Source: Prevotellaceae bacterium
Lineage (GTDB): Bacteria > Bacteroidota > Bacteroidia > Bacteroidales > UBA932
Direction of reading: 5' to 3'
Length of the DNA: 54,852 bases
NCBI GenBank assembly: GCA_031255195.1
Contig: JAIRSZ010000002.1
Location: forward strand, 1-54,852
The translations under genes and the position numbers were made by a program. Of the stretch, positions 8,363 through 17,758 are shown piece by piece. The notes under the pieces were generated by a model. That model was not told the origin of the DNA and ran no database searches. It worked only from the letters and a program-made list of their open reading frames with translations. Position 1 is the stretch's first letter. Each line of letters begins with the position of its first letter.

Positions 8363-9858
8363 AAAATAAAAATATGGTTTTTGCAGAAATACTAAAGCAG
8401 GCAGGAGCGATGACGGTGCACGGCAACGCCAACGTTGATATTACCTCCATCAGCAACAGCAGCAGGGAATCGGGTAGGGGATGCTGCTTTGTTGCGCTCA
8501 GGGGCGCGCAAACCGACGGACACCTCTTTATCCCCGACGCTGTTGCGGGCGGCGCGGTGGCGGTTATCTGCGAGCAGCTGCCGGAGACGCTCAACCCCGA
8601 CGTTTGCTACGCCGTGGCGAAGGATAGCAGCAGCGCGGCGGGATTGGCGGCGGCGGCCTTTTACGGCAACCCTTCGCGCAAGCTGAAGCTGGTTGGCGTG
8701 ACCGGCACTAACGGCAAAACCACCACGGCAACTCTCCTCTACCGCCTTTTCAGGGCGCTGGGGTACAAGGCGGGGCTAATCTCCACGGTGGTTTACCGGG
8801 TAAACGACAGGGCAATCGAGGCTACCAACACTACGCCCGACTCCATTACCCTCAACCGGCTGATGAGCGAGATGGTGGAGGCGGGATGCACCTGCTGCTT
8901 CATGGAGGTGAGCTCGCACGCCATTGCGCAGCGGCGCATTGAGGGGCTGAACTTTGCGGGCGGCATTTTCAGCAACCTTACGCACGATCACCTCGACTAC
9001 CACAAAACGTTTGAGGAGTACCTCAAGACCAAGCAAGCGTTCTTTGACGGGCTGCCCGGAGAAGCCTTTGCGCTCACCAACGCCGACGAGCGCAACGGGC
9101 GGGTGATGGTGCAGAATACGCGGGCGCAGGTAAAAACCTACGGGCTGCGCACGCCTGCCGACTTCAAGTGCCGCATTGTGGAGCCACACATGGACGGGAT
9201 GCTGCTCGATCTGAACGGGACGGAGGTTTGGACGAAACTCATAGGCGATTTCAACGCCTACAACGTGTGCGCCGTCTACGGGGCGGCAATGCTGCTTGGC
9301 GCGCCGCACGACGAGGTGGTGCGCATCATCAGCACGCTCGACTCGGTGGCGGGGCGGTTTGAGTACGTGAAGTCGCGCACGGGCATTACCGCCATCGTTG
9401 ACTACGCGCACACCCCCGATGCGCTGGCTAACGTGCTGGGCACGATCAACAGGCTGCGCAGGGCTGGGCAAAGGCTGATAGTGGTGGTGGGCTGCGGCGG
9501 CAACCGCGACAGCACCAAACGCCCCATCATGGCGCGCGAGGCCTCCGAAAACAGCGACATGGCAATCCTCACCAGCGACAACCCGCGCAAGGAGAATCCA
9601 AAGGATATTCTGTCCGAAATGTATGTCGGCGTGAGCGCCGAGGCACGCGCGAGGACAACCGTCATTACCGATCGCCGCGAGGCTATCAAGGCGGCGGTGA
9701 TGTTTGCCCAAAAGAACGATATTATTCTGGTTGCGGGTAAAGGGCACGAGACCTACCAGATTGTAGGCACAGAAAAATTCCACTTTGACGACAGGGAAGA
9801 GCTGGCGGCCGCTTTTGCAGAGCGCGACGGCAGCGGTGGAAATGAAAACGGAAATTGA
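8359..9858 (+). CDS. murE: UDP-N-acetylmuramoyl-L-alanyl-D-glutamate--2,6-diaminopimelate ligase
   Basis: GVTGTNGKTTT P-loop and the DNPR motif (LTSDNPRKENP), which is typical of DAP-adding MurE. The probable true start is the ATG at 8374. Confidence 0.9.
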   Translation: MKNKNMVFAEILKQAGAMTVHGNANVDITSISNSSRESGRGCCFVALRGAQTDGHLFIPDAVAGGAVAVICEQLPETLNPDVCYAVAKDSSSAAGLAAAAFYGNPSRKLKLVGVTGTNGKTTTATLLYRLFRALGYKAGLISTVVYRVNDRAIEATNTTPDSITLNRLMSEMVEAGCTCCFMEVSSHAIAQRRIEGLNFAGGIFSNLTHDHLDYHKTFEEYLKTKQAFFDGLPGEAFALTNADERNGRVMVQNTRAQVKTYGLRTPADFKCRIVEPHMDGMLLDLNGTEVWTKLIGDFNAYNVCAVYGAAMLLGAPHDEVVRIISTLDSVAGRFEYVKSRTGITAIVDYAHTPDALANVLGTINRLRRAGQRLIVVVGCGGNRDSTKRPIMAREASENSDMAILTSDNPRKENPKDILSEMYVGVSAEARARTTVITDRREAIKAAVMFAQKNDIILVAGKGHETYQIVGTEKFHFDDREELAAAFAERDGSGGNENGN

Positions 9859-9910
9859 AGGTAAAATGATTTTTCAAAATGATTTTTTTTAACTCATAAC
9901 TCAAAAGGCG

Positions 9911-11164
9911 ATGCTCTACCATCTTATGACATACTTAGGGAGCGTTTACGATTTTCCTGGCCAGCGGTTGTTTAGCTACATCTCGTTTCGCGCGGGCGTG
10001 GGCGTGTTGCTGTCGCTGGTGATGGGGCTGGTGTTCGGCAAGCGCATCATCAGGCTGCTGCAAAAGAGGCTTATAGGCGAGGAGGTGCGCGACCTTGGGT
10101 TGGAGGGGCAGCTGCAAAAGCGCGGCACGCCTACTATGGGCGGGCTTATCATCCTGTTTTGCATCCTTGTGCCAACGCTGCTGCTGGCCGACCTGACCAA
10201 CATGTACACGTGGCTCATGATCATCAGCACGGTGTGGCTCGGCACGCTGGGCTTTCTGGACGACTACATCAAGGTTTTCAAGAAAAACAAGTCGGGGCTG
10301 CACGGCAAGTTTAAAATCATTGGTCAGGTGGGGCTGGGCATAATTGTGAGCCTGCTGCTCTACTCAGGCGACGCTTTTGTGGTGCGCGACCGCCTTCCCG
10401 CCGGACATCCCGAAGCCCAGCGGGTAGCGGTGGGAGGCAGCACAGACGCTCCAAGGATGATTTACCTCAGCGAGGCGCACAAGAGCACAAAGACCACCAT
10501 ACCGTTCTTCAAGAACAACGAGTTTGACTACACCATGCTCGTCCCCGCCTTCCTTGGCGAGCATCGGCAGCTGGCGGGGTGGATTATCTTTATGCTGGTA
10601 ACCATTTTCATTGTAACGGCGGTGTCCAACGGCGCTAACCTGACCGACGGCATGGACGGGCTTGCTACGGGCGTGTCTATCATCATCGGCATCACGCTGG
10701 GCATCCTTGCGTACCTGTCGAGCAACGTGATTTACGCCGACTACCTGCAAATAATGTACATTCCCAGCTCCGGCGAGATGGTCATCTTTATGGCCATCGT
10801 CATTGGGGCGCTCATAGGGTTTTTGTGGTACAACAGCTATCCGGCGCAGGTGTTTATGGGCGACACGGGAAGCCTTGCGCTCGGCGGCATCATTGCCGTG
10901 TACGCCATCATCATTCGCAAGGAGCTGCTCATTCCGGTTTTGTGCGGCATATTTTTTGCCGAAAGCCTGTCGGTGCTTATTCAGGTGTCCTACTTTAAGT
11001 ACACCAAGAGGAAGTACGGCGAAGGGCGCAGGGTGTTCAACATGGCGCCGCTGCACCACCACTACCAGAAAAAAAATATGCCGGAGGCAAAAATTGTGGT
11101 GCGCTTCTGGATCATTGCAGCGTTGCTGGCCATTACCGCCGTGCTAACGCTAAAGGTAAGGTAA
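9911..11164 (+). CDS. mraY: phospho-N-acetylmuramoyl-pentapeptide-transferase
   Basis: Polytopic membrane protein with [10 protein letters not shown] and APLHHHYQ motifs. Confidence 0.9.
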   Translation: MLYHLMTYLGSVYDFPGQRLFSYISFRAGVGVLLSLVMGLVFGKRIIRLLQKRLIGEEVRDLGLEGQLQKRGTPTMGGLIILFCILVPTLLLADLTNMYTWLMIISTVWLGTLGFLDDYIKVFKKNKSGLHGKFKIIGQVGLGIIVSLLLYSGDAFVVRDRLPAGHPEAQRVAVGGSTDAPRMIYLSEAHKSTKTTIPFFKNNEFDYTMLVPAFLGEHRQLAGWIIFMLVTIFIVTAVSNGANLTDGMDGLATGVSIIIGITLGILAYLSSNVIYADYLQIMYIPSSGEMVIFMAIVIGALIGFLWYNSYPAQVFMGDTGSLALGGIIAVYAIIIRKELLIPVLCGIFFAESLSVLIQVSYFKYTKRKYGEGRRVFNMAPLHHHYQKKNMPEAKIVVRFWIIAALLAITAVLTLKVR

Positions 11165-11176
11165 CGCTAAGAGTAA

Positions 11177-11221
11177 AGAGCATAAGAGTTGAGAACATAA
11201 GAGTTGAGAACATAAAAGTTG
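11177..11221. repeat. 3 x 15-bp tandem repeat in the mraY-murD spacer
   Basis: Units are agagcataagagttg / agaacataagagttg / agaacataaaagttg. Confidence 0.85.
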
Positions 11222-11287
11222 TCGCTAATGGTTGAGGGGGCTGATTCCCAAAGCTTTGGGGGCTACTTAAAATAAAGAAAAACAAAG

Positions 11288-12631
11288 TTGAAAAAAAGGC
11301 TGGTCATACTTGGAGGAGGCGAAAGCGGCGTTGGGGCGGCTATTCTTGGGCGCGCCAAGGGCTTTGACGTTTTTTTGTCCGATGCGGGGCGCATTAGTCC
11401 GGCGCACCTCGATGTGCTGCAAGCCCACCACGTCCGCTACGAGCAGGACGGGCACAGCGAATCGCTGATACTGAACGCCGACGAGGTGGTGAAAAGTCCG
11501 GGCATACCGGACAGCGCACCGCTGGTGAAGAAGCTGACGGCGGCAGGCATTCCCGTCATTGCGGAGATAGAGTTTGCGGGGCGCTACACTAAGGCCAAAA
11601 TGATTTGCGTGACGGGCAGCAACGGAAAAACTACCACCACCTCGCTTATCTACCACATGATGGCAGGCGCTGGACTGAACGTGGGGCTGGGCGGAAACAT
11701 CGGCAAGAGCTTTGCCTTGCAGGTGGCGTTCAAGCGTTACGACTACTACGTGCTGGAGCTGAGCTCGTTTCAGCTCGACAACATGTACCACTTTAAGGCC
11801 GACGTTGCCGTGCTGCTCAACATCACGCCAGACCACATGGACAGGTACGGCTACAGCCTCGAAAACTACGCGAGGTCAAAGTTTCGCATTGCGCAGAACA
11901 TGGACAAAGAGGGCTGCTTCATCTACTGCGCAGACGATGAGGTGACGATGAAATATTTGCCGGAGGCAGGAGTGCAGGCGCAGCTGCTCGGCTTTAGCCG
12001 GAAGCGCCAGCTGGCGCAGGGCGCATTTTTAAATAGCAACAACACAAAACTTGTATCAATGTATAAAAACGATGTTTTCGAGACGCTCGTGGACGAGCTA
12101 TCGCTCAAAGGTAAGCATAACCTTTACAACTCAATGGCCGCAAGCATTGCAGGGCAGGCGTTGAGGATTAAAAAGGAGAACATCCGCAACAGCTTAATTG
12201 GCTTTGAAAGCATAGAGCACCGGTTGGAGCCTGTGCTGAAGGTTGGCGGAGTGCTGTTTATCAACGACAGCAAGGCTACCAACATCAACTCCACGTGGTA
12301 CGCGCTGGAGAGTATGACCACTCCTACCGTGTGGATTGTGGGCGGGGTGGACAAGGGCAACGACTACGGCGAGCTCGCCGACCTGGTGAGGCAAAAGGTG
12401 AAGGCCATTGTTTGCCTGGGCGTTGACAACCGCAAAATTCACGAGGCTTTTGAGAGCATGGTGGGCATTATTGTAGATACGCGCTCGGCTGAGGAGGCGG
12501 TGAAGACGGCCTACAGCTTGAGCGACAGGGGCGATACGGTGCTGCTTTCGCCGGCCTGCGCCAGCTTCGACCTCTTTCACAGCTACGAGGACAGAGGCCG
12601 GCAGTTTAAAAATGCAATACGATACCTGTAG
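11288..12631 (+). CDS. murD: UDP-N-acetylmuramoylalanine--D-glutamate ligase
   Basis: VILGGGESGVGAA Rossmann-like N-terminus and VTGSNGKTTTT P-loop. The start codon is TTG. Confidence 0.9.
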   Translation: MKKRLVILGGGESGVGAAILGRAKGFDVFLSDAGRISPAHLDVLQAHHVRYEQDGHSESLILNADEVVKSPGIPDSAPLVKKLTAAGIPVIAEIEFAGRYTKAKMICVTGSNGKTTTTSLIYHMMAGAGLNVGLGGNIGKSFALQVAFKRYDYYVLELSSFQLDNMYHFKADVAVLLNITPDHMDRYGYSLENYARSKFRIAQNMDKEGCFIYCADDEVTMKYLPEAGVQAQLLGFSRKRQLAQGAFLNSNNTKLVSMYKNDVFETLVDELSLKGKHNLYNSMAASIAGQALRIKKENIRNSLIGFESIEHRLEPVLKVGGVLFINDSKATNINSTWYALESMTTPTVWIVGGVDKGNDYGELADLVRQKVKAIVCLGVDNRKIHEAFESMVGIIVDTRSAEEAVKTAYSLSDRGDTVLLSPACASFDLFHSYEDRGRQFKNAIRYL

Positions 12632-12671
12632 AAAATAAACGTTTAGCGTAAGGCAATTTGTAGTTAAAACA

Positions 12672-14006
12672 ATGAGCAACGTTGAGAAATATCTGAAAGG
12701 CGACAAAACCATCTGGTTTATTGCGCTGCTGCTGTCCATATTTTCGCTGCTGCTGGTTTACTCGTCCACGGTGGCGCTTTCGTCGCGCGCCGAGAACGCC
12801 GAGCCGTTCGACTTTTTTATGGAGCAGCTGCTGTTCGTGGCGGCGGGCTTTGCCCTCATTTACGTCACCTCGCGCACGCCCTACACGCTCTTCATGAGCA
12901 TTGCCCCCATTGCCTACGCCGTAAGCCTTGCGCTGATGACGCTCATGCTGCTCATCGGGAGCAGCCACAACCAGGCGGTGCGCACGCTGCTGTTTTTCCA
13001 GCCCGCAGAGCTGTGCAAGGTGGCGCTCATCCTCTACGTCGCGAGGCAGGTAACGCTGCGGCAAGACCGCATTAAGGATTTCCGCAAGGGCTTTCTCCCC
13101 ATCATGCTGATGATGCTTTTGATGATTTTGCCCATCTTCCTGACCAACTTTTCTACGGCAGCCATACTTGCCCTTACGTGCTTTGTCATCCTGTTTATTG
13201 GCCGCGCGCGGCTGCTGCACCTCCTTGCCACTGTAGCGGGGCTGGCGGTGATGCTGGCGTTGGCCTTGTGCCTCACAATGGTGGTGGTTGAGGCCGTAGA
13301 TGTAAAAAAGGCCAGCAAGGGAAAGGTTACCGGTATGCTCGCCGTGAGCAACAAGATTATCAACAAGACGCGGCTTGAAACGATATACCGCCGCCTGGAG
13401 GCCAAGCACGCCGACAGCGTCGACGGAAGCGTTAGCCGTGCTAGCGCGCTGGTGCAGTCGGACTATGCGCACATGGCAATAGCCTCCAGCGGGCTGATTG
13501 GCAAGGGGCCGGGCAACAGCGACATGCGCTACTACCTGCCCGAAGCTTACAGCGACTTCGTATTTGCCATTGTGGTGGAGGAGTACGGCGTGGTGGTGAC
13601 CTGCCTTCTAATCCTGTGCTACCTCATCTTGCTGTTCAGGGTGGGCGCTATGGTGCGCAAGGCAACGCACTTTTTCCCCGCTGTGCTGGCCATCGGCATT
13701 ATTACGCAAATTTTGGTGCAGGCGCTCGTGCACATGTCCGTAGCTACGGGGATTGCGCCGGTCACCGGACAAAACCTGCCCTTAGTGAGCAAGGGCGGGT
13801 CGTCAATGCTGTGCACCTTCCTCCTGCTGGGCATGTTGCTTAGCATAAGCCGCAGCCAGGAGAAGGAGACGCTTGAGCAGGCTCGCAGCGCCGCCGCCGC
13901 CGCTCAACCCACCGTTGGCCACGGCAGCGAAGAGACCGCCGCCGCTGGCGAAGAAGCGTTGGCGGTAGAAGCAATTACCAGCTTAAATCCTCGATCCACG
14001 GTATGA
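12672..14006 (+). CDS. ftsW: SEDS-family peptidoglycan polymerase/cell division protein FtsW
   Basis: Polytopic membrane protein with a QPAELCKVALILY motif, in the dcw position between murD and murG. Confidence 0.85.
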   Translation: MSNVEKYLKGDKTIWFIALLLSIFSLLLVYSSTVALSSRAENAEPFDFFMEQLLFVAAGFALIYVTSRTPYTLFMSIAPIAYAVSLALMTLMLLIGSSHNQAVRTLLFFQPAELCKVALILYVARQVTLRQDRIKDFRKGFLPIMLMMLLMILPIFLTNFSTAAILALTCFVILFIGRARLLHLLATVAGLAVMLALALCLTMVVVEAVDVKKASKGKVTGMLAVSNKIINKTRLETIYRRLEAKHADSVDGSVSRASALVQSDYAHMAIASSGLIGKGPGNSDMRYYLPEAYSDFVFAIVVEEYGVVVTCLLILCYLILLFRVGAMVRKATHFFPAVLAIGIITQILVQALVHMSVATGIAPVTGQNLPLVSKGGSSMLCTFLLLGMLLSISRSQEKETLEQARSAAAAAQPTVGHGSEETAAAGEEALAVEAITSLNPRSTV

Positions 14007-15112
14007 AAAACAAACGAATCATAGTAAGCGGCGGCGGCACGGGAGGGCACATCTTTCCGGCGATAGCCATTGCCAACGCGCTCAGGCAGCTCTGCGAGGA
14101 CGTGGAGATACTGTTTGTGGGAGCAGAAGGCAGAATGGAAATGGAGAAAGTCCCCGCGGCAGGCTACAGGATAGTTGGCCTGCCGGTTGTTGGGGTAGAG
14201 CGAAAGGCGCTTTCGAGGAAAAACCTCTCTGCACCCGTAAAGATGCTCAAAAGCCTTCGGAAGGCGGCGGCGCTAATCAGCGATTTTGCCCCCGCCGTGG
14301 TGGTAGGCGTAGGCGGATACGCCAGCGCTCCCACCCTGTGGGTGGCGCAGAACAGGCGAATACCCACGCTCGTGCAGGAGCAAAACTCCTACGCAGGCGT
14401 TACCAACAAGCTGCTTGCCCGGCGCGCCCGGAAGGTGTGCGTGGCCTACGAAGGCATGGAGCGTTTCTTTCCGGCAGAAAAAATTGTTTTCACCGGCAAC
14501 CCCGTGCGGCAAGACCTTTGCGGCGTGGCGCAGCTCCGCGGCGAGGCGCTTGCCCACTTTGGGCTGAGCCAAAACAAAAAAACCGTCCTCGTTGTGGGCG
14601 GCAGCTTGGGGGCGCGAACGCTAAACCTGAGCGTGCTGCACCACATAGCCGACATTGCGGCGGCGCGCGACGTGCAGCTTATCTGGCAAACGGGCGAGGC
14701 CTACCGGCAGCACATTCAGAGCAGGCTTGCCGGACGGGAGCCGGGCAACGTGAAGGTGATGAGCTTCATTGGGCGCATGGACTACGCATACGCCGCCGCC
14801 GACGTGGTCATTTCGCGGGCAGGCGCGAGCGCTATCGCAGAGCTCTGCGTGGCGGAGAAGCCCTGCATCCTTGTTCCGTCGCCCAACGTCGCCGAGGATC
14901 ACCAAACATCGAACGCGCGGGCGTTGGAGAGCAGGCGCGCCGCGCTGCTCGTGCCCGACGTCGAGGCGGTGCAACGCCTCGTCCCAACAGCCATGCAGCT
15001 GCTGGGCAACGAAGCCGAAAGGCAGGAGCTGGCGCTCAACATTGGTCGGCTGGCGTTGCCGGACGCCGCCGAACGCATTGCTCAAGAGACATTGAAGTTA
15101 ATGAATAATTGA
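14003..15112 (+). CDS. murG: UDP-N-acetylglucosamine--N-acetylmuramyl-(pentapeptide) pyrophosphoryl-undecaprenol GlcNAc transferase
   Basis: SGGGTGGHIFPAIAIA motif and an ATGA overlap with ftsW. Confidence 0.9.
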   Translation: MKNKRIIVSGGGTGGHIFPAIAIANALRQLCEDVEILFVGAEGRMEMEKVPAAGYRIVGLPVVGVERKALSRKNLSAPVKMLKSLRKAAALISDFAPAVVVGVGGYASAPTLWVAQNRRIPTLVQEQNSYAGVTNKLLARRARKVCVAYEGMERFFPAEKIVFTGNPVRQDLCGVAQLRGEALAHFGLSQNKKTVLVVGGSLGARTLNLSVLHHIADIAAARDVQLIWQTGEAYRQHIQSRLAGREPGNVKVMSFIGRMDYAYAAADVVISRAGASAIAELCVAEKPCILVPSPNVAEDHQTSNARALESRRAALLVPDVEAVQRLVPTAMQLLGNEAERQELALNIGRLALPDAAERIAQETLKLMNN

Positions 15113-15120
15113 TAGTGAAT

Positions 15121-15262
15121 ATTGATAATTAATAATGAATAATCCAATTGTTTTAGTTCGACAGAGGGCATATTTCTACCTCGCGTATGGACGCCTACCT
15201 GCTTCGCAGATGGACGTTTTCGCGGCGAGCAAACGGAGGAATATTCATAATTCATAATTTAT
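15121..15262. repeat. AT-rich imperfect inverted arms flanking a GC-rich 92-bp core (murG-murC spacer)
   Basis: The reverse complement of the left arm (15121-15145) is ggattattcattattaattatcaat. The right arm (15238-15262) is ggaatattcataattcataatttat. They match at 19 of 25 positions, 13 of the first 15. Confidence 0.45.
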
Positions 15263-15285
15263 AAAATGTAAATTGTAGTTCAAGG

Positions 15286-16716
15286 GTGAAGAATGTTTAT
15301 TTTATAGGTATAGGAGGCATTGGGATGAGCGCGCTGGCGCGATACTTCCTGCATCGGCAAAAGCCGGTAGCCGGATACGACCGGACGTGCACTCCGCTCA
15401 CGCAGGCGTTGGAGCGCGAGGGTGCGCTTGTTCACTACGAGGATGACGCTCTGCTGATACCCGACGTGTTCAAGAACAACGGCAACAACACGCTGGTGGT
15501 TTATACTCCGGCGGTGGGCAACGACAGCAGAGAGCTTGAATTTTTCCGCAAAAGCGGCATCCGAACGGTCAAGCGGGCGGAGGCGCTGGGCGTTATTGCC
15601 GTCGGCAAAAAGCTGCTGGCCGTGTCTGGAACGCACGGCAAAACCACAACATCCGCTATGCTGGCGCACATCCTCACGGAGGTGGGCGGCGGATGCAACG
15701 CCTTCCTGGGCGGAATATCCAAGAACTACGGCTCAAACCTCCTCCTGTCCGACGCCAACCTGATGGTGGCTGAGGCCGACGAGTACGACCGTTCGTTCCT
15801 GCACCTCTTCCCCGACGTTGCCGTGGTAACGGCCGTAGACGCAGATCATCTCGACGTGTACGGCAGCCTCGAGGAGGTGCAGCGCGCTTTCAAGGACTTT
15901 GTGAGCCACGTGAAGCCCAGCGGCGCGCTGGTCATAAAGAAAAAGCTGGTGCGCAACGGAAAACCCGCCTTCATGCAGCACTTCGACAAGCGCATATACA
16001 CCTACGCCTTCGACGAGCACGCCGACTTTTACGCCTTCAACCTGAAGCCGCTCGAGGGCGGATACTTCTCGTTCGACCTCTACCTGCGCGGTCAAACGCT
16101 GCGTGGCTGTACGCTGGGCGTACCGGGCTGGGTGAACGTGGAAAACGCTGTGGCGGCGAGCGCGGCGGCTTGGGCGGCGGGCGTAAACCTGCGCCTCCTG
16201 CCCGAAGCGCTCAAGACCTTTCGGGGCGTGCAGCGGCGGTTGGACGTTCACCTCCGAACGCCCAACTTTGCCTACATTGACGACTACGCCCACCACCCCG
16301 AAGAGCTGCGGGCTGCCATTACGTCGATACGCGGCATGTTTCCGGGTAAGAAGCTGACGGGCATTTTTCAGCCCCACCTTTACTCGCGCACGCGCGACTT
16401 TGCACCGGCCTTTGCCGAGAGCCTCAGCCTGCTCGACGAGCTCATTCTGCTCGACGTTTACCCCGCGCGCGAAGAGCCTGTCGAGGGCGTTTCCTCGGCG
16501 CTCATCTTCGACAGGGTGAGCATTGCCGACAAAACAATGTGCAGCAAGAGCGACCTGCTGGGCGTGCTAAGGGGCAAGCAGGTAGAGACGCTCGTTACGC
16601 TCGGCGCTGGCGATATTGATACGCTGGTGGAGGAGATTAGAGACGAGCTGAAGGGGAGGAGCAAAGGGTTAAGCGTAGAGAATACTACGTCCTGCGAAAG
16701 CGCGGCAACCCGATAG
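15286..16716 (+). CDS. murC: UDP-N-acetylmuramate--L-alanine ligase
   Basis: FIGIGGIGMSALA and AVSGTHGKTTT motifs. The start codon is GTG. Confidence 0.9.
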   Translation: MKNVYFIGIGGIGMSALARYFLHRQKPVAGYDRTCTPLTQALEREGALVHYEDDALLIPDVFKNNGNNTLVVYTPAVGNDSRELEFFRKSGIRTVKRAEALGVIAVGKKLLAVSGTHGKTTTSAMLAHILTEVGGGCNAFLGGISKNYGSNLLLSDANLMVAEADEYDRSFLHLFPDVAVVTAVDADHLDVYGSLEEVQRAFKDFVSHVKPSGALVIKKKLVRNGKPAFMQHFDKRIYTYAFDEHADFYAFNLKPLEGGYFSFDLYLRGQTLRGCTLGVPGWVNVENAVAASAAAWAAGVNLRLLPEALKTFRGVQRRLDVHLRTPNFAYIDDYAHHPEELRAAITSIRGMFPGKKLTGIFQPHLYSRTRDFAPAFAESLSLLDELILLDVYPAREEPVEGVSSALIFDRVSIADKTMCSKSDLLGVLRGKQVETLVTLGAGDIDTLVEEIRDELKGRSKGLSVENTTSCESAATR

Positions 16717-16754
16717 CAGACGCGCCCCGAAGGGACGGATATGAGTTTAACACG

Positions 16755-17576
16755 ATGAAGAGGATTGTAAAGATAACCCTTGCTGCGGCGTTGGCTGTGG
16801 CGGTAGTGGCAGCGGTTGCGGCCACCATGCTCCACGCCCGCCGCGAGGCCGAAAAGGTGTTGTGCACCGGCCTTCGGGTGGTTGTTGCCGACAGCGCCGT
16901 CAACCGCTTCGTGCGTAAAGAAGATATTCCGGCTATCTTTCGCAGGAGCGGCCTGTCCTACTTCGGCAGGAGGGTGGGCGAGCTGCCGACGGTGGAGATG
17001 GAGCAGGCGCTCACGAAGCGCAGCCTCATCCGGCACGCCGAGGTTTACTCCACCGCCGACGGAACGCTGCACGTGGTCGTTGAGCAGCGCAGGCCTGTGG
17101 TGCGGGTTTTCGCCCGAAACGGCCAGAACTTTTACATCGACGACGAAGGGTTTATCATCCGCCCCTACCGGAGCTACACCTCAAACGTTCCCGTGGCAAG
17201 CGGGCACATCGTGTCGCCGTTTGGCGGCGACTTCACGGGGAGTATGCTGACCTTTTTTGAGGAAAAAAAGAAGCCCGATACCCTGCTCCGGCAGCTCTAC
17301 GACTTTGCCCGCTACATCAGCGGCCACAGCTTCTGGCAGGCGCAGGTGGAGCAAATTTACGTTACCGATCGGGGCAAGGTGGAGCTGGTGCCCCGTGTGG
17401 GGGCGCACCTCATCCGCATGGGCAGCTTGGACGACTTCGAGTACAAGCTCCACAAGCTCGAGGTGATGTACGAAAAAGGAATGTCGCTGGACGGGTGGAA
17501 CGCCTACGACGTTATCGACCTCGCCTTTGGTCGGCAGGTGGTGTGCAGGCGGCGAGAATTAAAAGCTAAGAATTAA
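16755..17576 (+). CDS. ftsQ: cell division protein FtsQ (POTRA-containing)
   Basis: Single N-terminal TM helix (ITLAAALAVAVVAAVAATML), appropriate size, and position between murC and ftsA. Confidence 0.75.
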   Translation: MKRIVKITLAAALAVAVVAAVAATMLHARREAEKVLCTGLRVVVADSAVNRFVRKEDIPAIFRRSGLSYFGRRVGELPTVEMEQALTKRSLIRHAEVYSTADGTLHVVVEQRRPVVRVFARNGQNFYIDDEGFIIRPYRSYTSNVPVASGHIVSPFGGDFTGSMLTFFEEKKKPDTLLRQLYDFARYISGHSFWQAQVEQIYVTDRGKVELVPRVGAHLIRMGSLDDFEYKLHKLEVMYEKGMSLDGWNAYDVIDLAFGRQVVCRRRELKAKN

Positions 17577-17758
17577 AAACCAGAAGCTGGGAGATTAGGA
17601 GTGAAGAACTAAAAAATAAGTAACAAAGAGTTGAACGCTAAAAGGCAAAAAGTGCATTTCAAAGGCTTGCTTTACGCCATTCCGTAGCGTCCGCTAAGGA
17701 ATAAAAATTTGAAGGCAGGTACGCTTTTAGCGCTTGGCTCTTAGTTGAAAAAAAAAAG

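Noticed and set aside
14338-15108. 256-aa plus-strand ORF in an alternative frame inside murG, extremely Arg/Ala/Gly-rich.
   Set aside because: It is an out-of-frame artefact of GC-rich sequence, and the murG frame has the GGGTGGH signature.
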